From: an uncultured beta proteobacterium
GTDB taxonomy: Bacteria > Pseudomonadota > Gammaproteobacteria > Burkholderiales > Casimicrobiaceae
NCBI GenBank assembly: GCA_963726935.1
Contig: CAVSEH010000009.1
Location: forward strand, 65,156 to 129,155
Reading direction: 5' to 3'
Length of the DNA stretch: 64,000 nucleotides
The translations under genes and the position numbers were made by a program. Shown here piece by piece: positions 1-10,284 of this stretch; the first letter of the stretch is position 1; each line of letters begins with the position of its first letter. The notes below the pieces were generated by a model. The model had not been told where the DNA came from and made no database searches. It saw nothing but the letters and a program-made list of their open reading frames with translations.

Positions 1-534
1 ACCGGCGGTTCGAACGGCATCGTCGGCGTGTGGCCCGCGGCATGGCTCGCCACGCGCCAGGCGTATTTCTGGTGCGTATTGACGCTGACGGCCGGCGGCA
101 TCGCACTGCTGGTGTGGATGGCGCAGACGCCGTTCGGCTATGCGCTGCGCGCAGTCCGCGATTCGCCCTTGCGCGCCGAAGCGATCGGCATCGACGCGCG
201 TCGCACGCAGTGGCTCGCGTTTGCCTGCGCGGGCGCATTTGCGGGGCTGGCGGGTGGCCTGTACGCCTTCTCCAAGGGCAGCATTTCGCCGGAAACGCTG
301 GCGATCCCGCGCTCGGTCGACGCGCTGGTAATGGCTTTGCTCGGCGGCGTCGACGCGCTCGCCGGGCCACTGCTCGGGGCCGCCGTATTCACGTGGCTGC
401 AGGACACACTGCCGCGCACGACCGAATACTGGCGCGCGATCTTCGGCGCGGTGATCCTGGTGCTCGTGCTCGCGTTTCCGTCAGGCATCGGCGGCGCCGT
501 CGCGCGATGGCGCGAACGCGCGACCAGGTCATGA
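1..534 (+). CDS. livM: Branched-chain amino acid ABC transporter permease (LivM-like); 5' end cut by window edge
   Basis: ORF 28..534 stays open to the window start. Hydrophobic multi-TM product with LivM/LivH-type stretches (FGYALRAVRDSPLRAEAIGID, GGLYAFSKG). Its stop overlaps the next start (ATGA at 531). Confidence 0.85.
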   Translation, partial: TGGSNGIVGVWPAAWLATRQAYFWCVLTLTAGGIALLVWMAQTPFGYALRAVRDSPLRAEAIGIDARRTQWLAFACAGAFAGLAGGLYAFSKGSISPETLAIPRSVDALVMALLGGVDALAGPLLGAAVFTWLQDTLPRTTEYWRAIFGAVILVLVLAFPSGIGGAVARWRERATRS

Positions 535-1293
535 GCGCAGCCAAGACTCCGTTGCTCGCTGTTGGACACCTGCGCAAGGCCTTCGATGGCGTCGTTGCCG
601 TCGACGACGTCAGCTTCGACGTGGCCGCGGGTGAGATGGTCGCCCTGATCGGGCCCAACGGCGCCGGGAAAACCACGTGCTTCAACCTCATCAACGGTCA
701 GTTGAAGCCCGATGCCGGGGAAGTTCGCCTCGCTTGGCGAGCGCATCGATGGCCTGCCTTCACGGCGCATCGCCACCTTGCGCGTCGGGCGCACGTTCCA
801 GACAGCGGCGGTGTTCGCGTCGATGACGGTACGCGAAAACGTGCAGCTCGCCTTGCTTGCCGCGGAAGGGAAGCAATGGGGCATCACTTCACTTGCGTCG
901 CGCGCGCGTGCCGGCGACGCCGAAGCGCTGCTCGAGCGCGTCGGTGCCGGCAACCTCGGCGCGCGCACCTGTGCCACGCTTGCCTACGGCGACCTCAAGC
1001 GCGTCGAGATCGCGATCGCGCTGGCGACGACACCACGACTGCTCCTGATGGACGAACCCACCGCCGGCACGTCAGCCGCGGACCGCGCGGAGCTGATGCA
1101 GCTCACGGCCGCAATCATCCACGGCAGCGGCATTGCGACATTGTTCACGGAGCACGACATGGACGTCGTCTTCGGCTATGCCGACCGGGTGATCGTGCTC
1201 GACCGCGGCCGCATCATCGCGCAAGGCGCGCCGGCGGCGGTACGCGCCGATCCCGGGGTGCGCGAAGTGTATTTCGGCGTCGATGCGGGGTAG
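531..1293 (+). pseudogene. livG: LivG-like ABC transporter ATP-binding protein with one frame switch (pseudogene or sequence error)
   Basis: ATG at 531. Walker A GPNGAGKTT is in frame 3 (531 to about 730). The rest of the protein, with ABC signature YGDLKRVEIAIAL and Walker B LLLMDEP, is in frame 1 (ORF 712..1293). A +1 switch lies around 721-740. Confidence 0.8.
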
Positions 1294-1335
1294 CACCGCT
1301 AGCGCGCACACCCGGTATAACCCGCCGGCATGGCA

Positions 1336-2355
1336 TCACGGCTCGAAGGCGAAGACGCGCTTCCAGTCTCGTTTCATGCTGATCACCGTCCAGCCATTTC
1401 TTTTTGCTTCGTCGTAGAGAGCCTGCGTGAACGTGCCGATCTTGCTGTCGGGCAATCCGGCGGCGGGGCCGTAGGCGAACTCCCGCGCCGCGTCGTCGTG
1501 CAGCACGATCATTCCCAGCCGCGCGCCGGCAGTTCCGGTGGCCCACTCGAGCATCTGCTGATCACCGTCCGAATTACCGAACGCGGCCTGTGGTCGACGG
1601 CCGATCACCATGTTGATGCCGACCGGTTTGCCATCCTTGTCGTTGACGAAAAACAGATCGGGAGCATGAATCAACGCAGGTTTGCCATCGCGCATCTCGT
1701 AGTTGATCTTGAACATCGTCCCGACCACCTGCTCCGGCGGAATGCCATAGACCGTTTCCGCGAACGCGCGCACGAACTCCTGCCCGCCACCGGTGACGAT
1801 GTAGGTGCGATAGCCATTCGCACGCAGGTACTTCATCGTCTCCAGCATCGGCGCATAGACGAGTTCGGTGTACGGCCGCTGGAATTTCGGATGCCTGGCC
1901 GTGGCGAGCCACTGTCGCACGACGTCGTGGAAGGCCTCGACGGACAGCCCTGCTTCTGACGCTGCGACGATCTTGAAGAGGTCGCGTTCGCTGAATTTCG
2001 ACATCGCCTCGCGGTCGCCGGTGACGACGGCCTTGAACGGCTCCTCGTTCGCGAGCGCAGGCTGCGCGCGCACGACGTCCTTGACGCGATCGAGCGCGAA
2101 CAAAATCTGCGTATACATGGGCTGCTCGACCCACAGGGTGCCGTCTTGATCGAAGGTCGCGACGCGCCGCTCGGCCGGCACAAACTGCGGGCTCGACGCC
2201 TCCGTCGTCTGGCGCACGAGGTCGACGATTGACTGCTTGGCGGGACCGTCATTCCATGACGGCAGCGGATCGGTGCGCACCGTGGCGCAGCCGCCGAGTA
2301 CCAGCAGGACGCACAGGAGCAGGACCCGAAAGCGGTGGAATTCTGGCACATGCAT
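1336..2355 (-). CDS. HAD-superfamily hydrolase, predicted lipoprotein
   Basis: 339-aa ORF. N-terminal signal with lipobox LVLGGC. HAD motif I-like FDQDGTLW, later IVTGGGQEF and GNSDGD. Confidence 0.75.
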   Translation of the reverse strand: MHVPEFHRFRVLLLCVLLVLGGCATVRTDPLPSWNDGPAKQSIVDLVRQTTEASSPQFVPAERRVATFDQDGTLWVEQPMYTQILFALDRVKDVVRAQPALANEEPFKAVVTGDREAMSKFSERDLFKIVAASEAGLSVEAFHDVVRQWLATARHPKFQRPYTELVYAPMLETMKYLRANGYRTYIVTGGGQEFVRAFAETVYGIPPEQVVGTMFKINYEMRDGKPALIHAPDLFFVNDKDGKPVGINMVIGRRPQAAFGNSDGDQQMLEWATGTAGARLGMIVLHDDAAREFAYGPAAGLPDSKIGTFTQALYDEAKRNGWTVISMKRDWKRVFAFEP

Positions 2356-2626
2356 GAATTAGCTCCTTCGCGGAATCGGGTTGTAGTTGTTTGCGACGGC
2401 GAAACAAAGTATCGACACTTCGCTCGCGGGTCAACCATCTCTCCCGAGTGGGTTGCCTTCCGCTGCGAATGTAGCGAGTCATCAGCGAGCGATGGAATGT
2501 CCCCTGGGGCGAGTCCGGCAGTCGTTTATAATGAGCGCTCGAAGCTCTACGGGCACTCGCGTTCTCGATGCAAACGTGAGACGCGGGCACCGGAGGCTGA
2601 CCAGTCACCGTATGGGAGACCCCAAG

Positions 2627-3235
2627 ATGCGCGCCGCGACTGTATCCGCTATGCAACCGACACTTGCAGCAGTGCTTTGGCCGTCCAACGGCGCATTGCG
2701 GCACGCGCTTCTCGTCGCTGTCGGGAGCGTGCTGCTCACGCTGTCCGCCAAGGTTCAGATTCCGTTCTGGCCGGTGCCGATGACGATGCAGACTTATGTC
2801 GTGTTGGTGCTCGGCATGGCCTATGGAACACGGCTGGGCGTCGCGACAGTGCTGTTCTACCTCGCGCAGGCGGCCGTCGGGCTGCCCGTATTGGCCGGCA
2901 CGCCGGAGCGCGGCATCGGTCTCGCCTACATGATGGGCCCGACCGGAGGTTATCTGGTGGGATTTGTCGCCGCCGCCGCACTCGCGGGCGAGCTGGCGGC
3001 CCGAGGCTGGGATCGGAGCGTTGGGCGGACACTGATTGCCATGGCCCTCGCGCACGTCGTGATATTCGTGCCTGGCGTTACCTGGCTCGCCGCATCCGTT
3101 GGCTGGGAGCGCGCATTTGCCGTCGGGGTCGTCCCGTTCGCTTGGGCCACGGTTGCGAAGACCTTGCTCGGTGTGGTGACCCTCCCGCTGGCGTGGCGCT
3201 TCGTAGGTCGCGGGAAGCCGCACAATCCTGCGTAG
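2627..3235 (+). CDS. bioY: Biotin transporter BioY
   Basis: Downstream part of ORF 2387..3235, starting at ATG 2627 (MRAATVS). Six-TM-like hydrophobic product with BioY-type motifs (PVPMTMQTYVVLVLGMAYG, MGPTGGYLVGF). Confidence 0.85.
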   Translation: MRAATVSAMQPTLAAVLWPSNGALRHALLVAVGSVLLTLSAKVQIPFWPVPMTMQTYVVLVLGMAYGTRLGVATVLFYLAQAAVGLPVLAGTPERGIGLAYMMGPTGGYLVGFVAAAALAGELAARGWDRSVGRTLIAMALAHVVIFVPGVTWLAASVGWERAFAVGVVPFAWATVAKTLLGVVTLPLAWRFVGRGKPHNPA

Positions 3236-3356
3236 GACCGTCTTGAGGCTCTGGCCGGACTGAGCACGATCTCGGGATGCACCGAACCTGCTGCGCGCAG
3301 CATCGCCGTTGCGTTGACGCCGGACGGACGCCGAAATCGGGCTGAGGTCTGCGATC

Positions 3357-5259
3357 GTGACGCCTCTGGTCGCCACCGCACATCGCGAATTGCGAACTGC
3401 AATCCCGAATTCCGTCTTCTATGCCGTGATCGCATGGCTGCTCGCTGCCCAGAGCGTGCTCGCGGCGGAGACGCACACCGTGCTCGTCCTTTATTCGAAC
3501 AATCGACTCGTGCCGGGCAACGTCGACGTCGATCGCGGCTTGCGTGCTGCGCTGACGAATACATCCGAGCGGGCGGTGGTCACCTATTCCGAGTTTCTCG
3601 ACGAGCCCGATTTCGGCGGGCCTGAATACGAAGCCAATGTCGCAAGGTACCTGCGCGAGAAGTACTCGACGCGCCGTCCGGATGCGATTGTCGGTGTCTC
3701 GAATGAGGCCTTCGCTTTCCTGCTGCGTCATCGCGGAGATCTGTTCCCCGGCATTCCGTTGGTCCACGCAGCCGTGGCGACCACCTACCTCCAGTCGATC
3801 CCGCCACTGCCCCGCCGATGTTGTAGGCGTGCCCAGAGACTACGATCCCGTCGGCACGATCCAACAGGCGCTGCGGTGGCATCCATCGGCGCGGCGGCTG
3901 GTGCTGGTAACCGGTGCATCGGAGCGCGACAACGTGTGGGAAACCCGGCTCCACAAGGAGATTCCGCCAATCGCAGGGAACGTGACGCTGGAATTTATCG
4001 AGGGTTTGCCAACGGCGTCCGTGTTGCAGCGACTGGCCGCGCTCGGTACGGATACGGTCGTGTTCACGCCCGGCTATTTTCGGGACGGCGACGGCGCGCT
4101 ATTCAACCCCCGCGACGCTGCCGTGCTCATGGCCAATGCATCGGCCGCGCCGGTGTACGGACCGTTCGACACCTTCATCGGCACGGGGGTCGTGGGGGGA
4201 CGCATGCCCAGCTTCGAAGAGATGGGACGGCAAGCCGCCGCGATCGTCACCGCATTGTTCGACGGCACGGCGCCCGCGTCGCTGCACCTGCCGCTGGTCA
4301 CGCCCATGGCGCTCCGGGTCGATTGGCGCCAGGTTCGTCGCTGGGGCATCGACGAGAACAAAATCCCCGCCGATACGGTCGTCTCCTTTCGGACGCCGAC
4401 GTTCTGGGAGGCCAATCGCAACGTCCTGATGATCATCGCGGCCGTCATCCTGCTGCAGGCCTTGCTGATCGCCACGCTCCTTATCGAGCGCCGGCGGCGT
4501 CGCGTGGCCGAGCAGGCGGTACAGAAACAACGCTCCGAGCTGGCGCACGCGTCGCGCCTGGCCATGGCAGGTGAGCTGACGGCCTCGATCGCGCACGAAA
4601 TCAATCAGCCGCTGGGCGCGATCTTGGCCAGCGCCGACGCTGCCGAACTGCTTCTCGAGTCGGGCGCTGACCGCCGTGACGATCTTCGCCGAATCGTCGC
4701 ACGTATCCGACGCGACGATCTTCGTGCGAGCGACGTGATCGGTCGACTGCGCACACTCCTCGCGAAGCATGAGCCGGAACGCAAGCGATTCGAGGTCAAT
4801 GAGGCCGTGACGGATGTGGTCGTCCTGTTGCAGGGCGAGGCTCGGCAACGGCGCGTCATTCTCGAATCCCGACCATCGTCGATCCCGCTCCACGCCGTCG
4901 GCGATCCGATCCAGATCCAGCAGGTGCTCATCAATCTGGTGCTCAATGCCATGGACGCGGTCGCTGATTTGCCCGAAGATCGGCAGCTCATCGTCGTGTC
5001 GGCCGACCAAGTCGCAAACGGCATACAGATCACCGTTCGCGACCGCGGTCGCGGCATTGCACCGGAACACTTGCCCAAACTCTTCGATTCGTTCTTCAGC
5101 ACGAAGCAGCGCGGCATGGGGCTGGGTCTCTCGATAGCGCGCACCATCGTCGAAGCACACGGGGGCCGCATCTGGGCCGAGAACGGTCCGGGTGACGGCG
5201 CGGTATTCCGCGTCGAATTGCCTGCAAGCAACGGCGCGAACATCCCCGGGTCGGCTTGA
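3357..5259 (+). pseudogene. Sensor histidine kinase with a periplasmic substrate-binding-protein-like sensor domain; one frame switch
   Basis: N-terminal signal/TM and periplasmic domain are in frame 3 (GTG 3357 to about 3810). The remainder is in frame 1 (ORF 3637..5259), with a TM segment, H-box ELTASIAHEINQPLGAI, N-box NLVLNAMDA and G-boxes DRGRGI / GMGLGLSI. The switch coincides with a C4 run at 3810-3813. Confidence 0.8.
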
Positions 5260-5877
5260 ATGGCTGCGACGCCGCTCATCCATGTCGTCGACGACGACGA
5301 ATCATTGCGTACGTCGCTGCTCGATCTGCTCCACGCCGCCGGCTTCGAGGCGCGCGGATACGCATCGACCGGTGAATTCCTCCTGGACCCGATGCCGGAC
5401 CGCCCGGGCTGCGCGTTGCTCGACGTCCGCCTGCCGGGCCCCTCGGGACTCGATCTGCAGGCCGCACTGCAGAGACAAGGCGTCACGATCCCGATCATCT
5501 TCCTGACGGGCCATGCGGATGTACCCACGAGTGTACGTGCGATGAAGGCCGGCGCGATCGATTTTCTGGAAAAGCCAGTGCGGCGCGAGACGCTGCTCGA
5601 TGCGATCAACCGCGCGCTCGCCAGCGATAACACGCAGCGCACGGCACGCGACACGGCCAAACGCAAAAGCGCGCGACTCGCGTTGCTCACGGTACGCGAG
5701 CGCGAAGTCTTCGATCGCATCGTCGCCGGCAAACTCAACAAGCAGGTCGCCGACGAGTTGGGCGTCAGCCTGCGCACCGTCAAGGCATATCGCGCGCAAG
5801 TGATGGAAAAGCTCGGCGTCGACACGGCCGCTGAACTCGGCAAGCTTGCCGGCGAACAGGGCGACGCGCCCGTCTGA
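5260..5877 (+). CDS. FixJ/NarL-family response regulator (receiver + LuxR-type HTH)
   Basis: 205 aa. Receiver motifs (VVDDDESLR, ALLDVRLPG, IFLTGHADV, KAGAIDFLEKP). C-terminal HTH REREVFDRIVAGKLNKQVADELGVSLRTVKAYRAQVMEKLG. The start abuts the kinase stop. Confidence 0.9.
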   Translation: MAATPLIHVVDDDESLRTSLLDLLHAAGFEARGYASTGEFLLDPMPDRPGCALLDVRLPGPSGLDLQAALQRQGVTIPIIFLTGHADVPTSVRAMKAGAIDFLEKPVRRETLLDAINRALASDNTQRTARDTAKRKSARLALLTVREREVFDRIVAGKLNKQVADELGVSLRTVKAYRAQVMEKLGVDTAAELGKLAGEQGDAPV

Positions 5878-5933
5878 ACGTTTGCACCGGGCGCGCTGAC
5901 CCCGGCCACCCGGCCGGCGCCCCACCCTGCCCT

Positions 5934-5956
5934 TTGGTGCAGCGATCTTGCACCAA
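5934..5956. promoter_or_regulatory. Perfect 8-bp inverted repeat TTGGTGCA-N7-TGCACCAA between the regulator gene and the lone receiver gene
   Basis: Read directly from the sequence at 5934-5941 and 5949-5956. It could be an operator or a terminator hairpin; no clear U-tract follows. Confidence 0.35.
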
Positions 5957-6058
5957 GTATCAATTTCCCCAACGCCCGCGTCCGTGTGACGATCCGACGC
6001 AAATCAGCCCGGTCCGCCGTTAAATCAGTCGGTCAATCAGGCAACACGGAGTTCCGCG

Positions 6059-6445
6059 ATGGGGATGGGCGCGCACAGAAAGGTACTCGTGGTCGAGGAC
6101 GATGACGGCTTGCGCGAAGCTATCGAAGTGCTACTGGACGCGGCAGGCATCGAGACCGCGTGCTATGCATCGGCGGAAGCGCTCCTCGCCGGACACGCCT
6201 TGGACGATGCCCTGTGCATCGTCAGCGACATCAAGCTGCCCGAGATGTCGGGCTTCGAACTGCTGGCGGAATTGCGCGCGCGCGGAAATTCCCCACCCGT
6301 CATCGTGATTACGGCGCATGATGCGCCGGGCGTCCGTGCCGATGCCGCGCGGTACGGCGCTGCCGCCTATCTGGCCAAGCCGTTTCTCGGGACGGCGCTG
6401 CTGGCCGCCATCAGCGATGTCACTCATCCTGCAGGAACGCAATGA
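6059..6445 (+). CDS. Single-domain CheY-like response regulator receiver
   Basis: 128 aa. VLVVEDDDGLRE, phospho-acceptor context IVSDIKLPEMSG, VIVITAHD, and conserved Lys in YLAKPF. No output domain. Confidence 0.85.
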   Translation: MGMGAHRKVLVVEDDDGLREAIEVLLDAAGIETACYASAEALLAGHALDDALCIVSDIKLPEMSGFELLAELRARGNSPPVIVITAHDAPGVRADAARYGAAAYLAKPFLGTALLAAISDVTHPAGTQ

Positions 6446-6479
6446 CGATCCCCCCTTTATTGGCGACGGAGGACCAGAC

Positions 6480-8988
6480 GTGAAACGCGAACTCAACAAT
6501 CTTCGCGTCGCTGCGCAAGCCGCGACTCTTCTGCTTGCATCCGCGTTGGCGATTGCACCTGCTACCGCGCAGCAGGTGACCGGAGTGCTCGGCACACCCA
6601 GTGCCACTACCACGATCCCAGGCAATCAATTGCCGCCGCCGCCGCCGAAATTCGGCGGCGTGATCAAGGAAAGCGCACGGATTCCAAGCCTTGGTGGCCG
6701 CCGCGCGTGGTACCGCCCAAGGGGGCGCCCAACGTTCTGCTCATCATGACCGATGACCAGGGCTATGGTGTAAGTCGGCACGTTCGGCGGTGTCATTCCG
6801 ACGCCGGCGATCGACCGCGTCGCCAAGGCTGGATTGCGCTACACGCAATTCAACTCCACGGCGCTGTGCTCGCCGACGCGCGCGGCACTCATCACGGGAC
6901 GCAATCACCACGCGGTCGGGCTTCGGCGTAATCGCAGAATTGTCTACGGGCTACCCGGGCTATGACTCGATCATCGGCCCGCAAAACGCGACGATCGGCA
7001 GAGATTCTGAGCGAGAACGGGTATGCGACTTCGTGGTTTGGCAAGAACCACAACACCCCGGGATTCCAGTACAGCGTCTGCGGGTCCTTTCGACCAATGG
7101 CCTTCGGGCATGGGGTTCCAGTACTTCTACGGCTTCATGGGCGGCGAAACCGACCAGTGGACAACCGTATCTGTTCCAGGATCACACGCAGATTTTTCCC
7201 TGGATCGGCAAGTCCGGCTACAACCTCACCACCGACATGGCGGACGAGGCGATCAAGTACATGAGCAATCTGAATGCCGCTGCGCCCGAGCAACCGTTCT
7301 TCGTCTATTACGTGTCCGGGCGGGAGCCACTCGCCGCATCAGCCGACGAAGGAATGGATCGACAAGTTCAAGGGCAAGTTCGACATGGGCTGGGAGAAGT
7401 TGCGCGAAGCAGATTTTCGCCAATCAAAAGCGACTCGGCGTGGTCCCGGCCAATGCGCAAGCTGACGCCCTGGCCGGATGAGCTTCCGAAATGGGATTCG
7501 CTGTCGATCCTGCAGAAAAAACTGTACACACGGCAAGCGGAAGTATTCGCGGCGTATACCGCATACACCGACTACGAGATCGGCCGCGTCATCCAGGCGG
7601 TGCAGGACATGGGCAAGCTCGACAACACTCTGATCATCTACATCGACGGTGACAACGGCACGAGTCCCGAGGGCACGCTGTCCGGCACGCTTCAATCAGA
7701 TGACCGCGTACAACGGCATTCTGGATGTTCCCGAGCCACTGCAATTGCTGCAACTACGAAGACTGGGGCTCGTCAGCGACGTACCCGCATATGGCGGTCG
7801 CTTGGTCGTGGGCATTTGACACGCCGTTCAAGTGGACCAAGCAGGTGGCCTCGCATTTCGGTGGCACGCGCCAGGGCCTGGCCATCTCCTGGCCTGGGCA
7901 CATCAAGGACGCCGGGCGGCATCCGCCACCAGTTCCATCACATGATCGATATCGTGCCGACGATTCTCGAGGCAACGGGAATCAAGGCGCCGAGCAGGTC
8001 GACGGCATCAGCGCAACGGCCGATCGAAGGCGTGAGCATGGCCTACACGTTCGATTCGGCAAACGCCAACGCACCGTCGACGCGCGAAATCCAGTACTTC
8101 GAGATGGTCGGCAATCGCGGCGATCTATGCCGACGGCTGGTACGCCAATACGCATCCGCCGGTACCGCCGTGGCAACTGGAACGGCGAAGTTCCCGCCGA
8201 TCGAACGAATACAATGGGAGCTGTACAACCTCGCGGAGGACTATTCGCAGTGCGACGATCTTGCGGCAAAGATGCCAGACAAGCTGAAACAGATGCAGGC
8301 GTTGTTCCAGCAGGAGGCGGCGAAGTACAACGTCCTGCCGATCGACAATTCGCAATTCCAGCGCGCGATCACACCGCGCCCAAGCGCAACGGCCGGACAG
8401 CACGGTGTTCACCTACTTCGGCGAAAACTCGGGCATTCCAGTCGGCAATGCGCCGAACATCCTGAACAAGTCGTTCACGATCACCGCCGAGATCGATCTT
8501 GCGAAGAGCGGCGCAGAAGGGCATGATCGTCACGCATGGGCGGGCGCTTCGGCGGCTACGGACTATACATCCTCAAGGGCAAGCCGGTCTTCGTCTACAA
8601 CCTGCTCGACCTCAAGCGCTACCGCTGGGAGGGTGGCGTCGGCGCCGCGGACTGGCTGGGTGATTCGCTCAAGCCAGGCAGGCACACGATCGAATTCGAG
8701 TTCAACTACGACGGTCCTGGCATTGCCAAGGGCGGCACCGGCGTGCTGAAAGTGGACGGTCGCGTGCTCGCCACCGAGAAGCTCGAGCACACGATTCCGC
8801 TGCTGCTACCGCTCGACGAGACCTTCGACATCGGCATCGACACGCGCACGCCGGTCGATGAGCAGCTACGAGCTGCCCTTTCGCTTCAACGGAAAGATCA
8901 GCGGCTGACCTTCAAGCTCGGACCTTCGCAGCTTGCGGAGGCAGATCGCAAAAGGGTTGAGGAAGCCATCGCCAGGGCACACGATTAG
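6480..8988 (+). pseudogene. Arylsulfatase (formylglycine-dependent sulfatase family), broken by about 20 frame switches
   Basis: A signal peptide follows GTG 6480. Sulfatase motifs are spread over all three + frames: NVLLIMTDDQGYG (frame 2); the active-site CSPTR context [19 protein letters not shown] (frame 3); [14 protein letters not shown] (frame 2); PFFVYYV / GGSHSPHQ (frames 1/2); LIIYIDGDNG (frame 1); WSWAFDTPFKWTKQ (frame 3); and C-terminal GRFGGYGLYILKGKPVFVYN (frame 1). Confidence 0.9.
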
Positions 8989-9026
8989 GACGAGGGTCGA
9001 CGACTCGACCGACTTGGCGACCAACG

Positions 9027-9518
9027 ATGAACGTCAATATGCTGCGCAGCCTTCTAAAGTTTACTGCGATCGTGGAAATCGGCACCGGACTCGCGCTGAT
9101 GATCGACCCGCGCTTCGTCGTCGGGTTGCTGGTGGGACCGAACCTGCCGGCCGAGGAACATTCCGATGGGTCGCCTGCCGGGCATCGCGATCCTCGCGCT
9201 TGGCCTGGCGTGCTGGCCGAGCGGGGCAGCTGCCGAAGGGTGGCTCCCCGGCGATTCCGCGGCATGCTGGTCTACAGCGTGCTTATCGCACTGTTTCTCG
9301 TCTACCTGTTCAAGGTCGGCCACTTGGGTGGCGTCCTGTTGTGGCCGGCCGTCGTGTTGCACGCCGCCGTCGCACTGTTACTGATCTGGAGCTGGCGCTC
9401 CGCACGAGGTGCGGGCGCACGCATGATCAAGGCCTTCCGCGGAATCGCTGGGATTCTCGGCGTCATGTTGTCACGGCCTTGCCGTCACCGCAAGTGCGCA
9501 GACGAACTGAGTCGATGA
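9027..9518 (+). pseudogene. Small integral membrane protein of unknown function with an apparent compensated pair of frame switches
   Basis: ORF 9027..9518 (frame 3) is hydrophobic at both ends. Its middle (about 9160-9250) is Arg/Pro-rich nonsense. Frame 1 over the same span (ORF 9166..) reads a plausible TM segment, GRLPGIAILALGLACWPSGAAAEG. Confidence 0.5.
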
Positions 9519-9859
9519 CGGAACACGCGCCGCCCGCTGGCGCGAAGATCGCTCTCGATTTGCTCAAAGGCGTCTGGGTTCGACCCGACGGCGGCTATAC
9601 GATCGCAATCCGGAGCGTGGCGCCAAACGGACAACTCGAAGCGATGTACTTCAACCCCAGTCAACTGCCATTTGCGAACGCGCAGGCAGCGCTCGATGGT
9701 TCGACGCTGCGCGCATCCTTCGAGCTGCAGGCCGGTGGGTACGCAGGCTCGACCTATGAACTTATCTACGATGCCGAGACTGATCGCCTCAAGGGGATCT
9801 ACTATCAGGCTGTCGCAAAACAGAAGTTCGATGTGTATTTCGTGCGCAAGCGACAATAG
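9515..9859 (+). CDS. Hypothetical protein (114 aa)
   Basis: ATG 9515 overlaps the upstream stop (ATGA). The product MTEHAPPAGAKIALDLLKGVWVRPDGGYTIAIRS... has ordinary, non-Arg-rich composition. I recognise no family. Confidence 0.5.
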   Translation: MTEHAPPAGAKIALDLLKGVWVRPDGGYTIAIRSVAPNGQLEAMYFNPSQLPFANAQAALDGSTLRASFELQAGGYAGSTYELIYDAETDRLKGIYYQAVAKQKFDVYFVRKRQ

Positions 9860-9953
9860 CGTCGGCCTGCCACGTCCGTAATAGCGATCCGCAAGGAAGC
9901 ATCAGCGCGTCACAGAAGTCCTTTTCCACCATCGTCGTGTTGAGGAGCAAACC

Positions 9954-10238
9954 ATGAAGAAGCGCATCCCCGTCATTGTCGTTGCGTCTGCATTGTGCGT
10001 CGCCGGTATCGCCAGCGGCCAGCAAATGATCCTGAACATGGTCGCCGACAAGGTGATCCAGAAATACCAAAGCGCGACCTGCGAGCAGTTGTGGCAACAG
10101 AAAGGTCAGCCGAAATCACCGGAAGAACAAAAGGCCGTCAATTTTCTGCGCAACGATCCGCAGGCCCGGACGGAGTTCCTCAACAAGATCGCCCCGCCGA
10201 TCGTCAACAAGATGTTCGAATGCGGAATGATTCCTTGA
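9954..10238 (+). CDS. Small exported protein (94 aa, two Cys), unknown function
   Basis: GAGGAG ribosome-binding site upstream. Signal peptide MKKRIPVIVVASALCVAGIASG. Mature part is Lys/Gln-rich with two Cys. Confidence 0.6.
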   Translation: MKKRIPVIVVASALCVAGIASGQQMILNMVADKVIQKYQSATCEQLWQQKGQPKSPEEQKAVNFLRNDPQARTEFLNKIAPPIVNKMFECGMIP

Positions 10239-10284
10239 GCCCGGCACCGCGACTCGATCGACCGATGCCCTTACGGAGGCGAAC

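Noticed and set aside
30-1382. A 450-aa plus-strand ORF covering livM, livG and beyond.
   Set aside because: Only the stretch from about 531 to about 730 is genuine coding sequence (the LivG N-terminus). The rest is Arg-rich out-of-frame read-through made possible by the scarcity of stop codons.
6480-8988. The idea that the sulfatase or pqiB frame changes reflect programmed ribosomal frameshifting or transcriptional slippage.
   Set aside because: The number of events is far too high for the sulfatase (about 20). I saw no slippery heptamers or long A/T runs at the sites, and no downstream stimulatory structures. Known programmed events are single and conserved.
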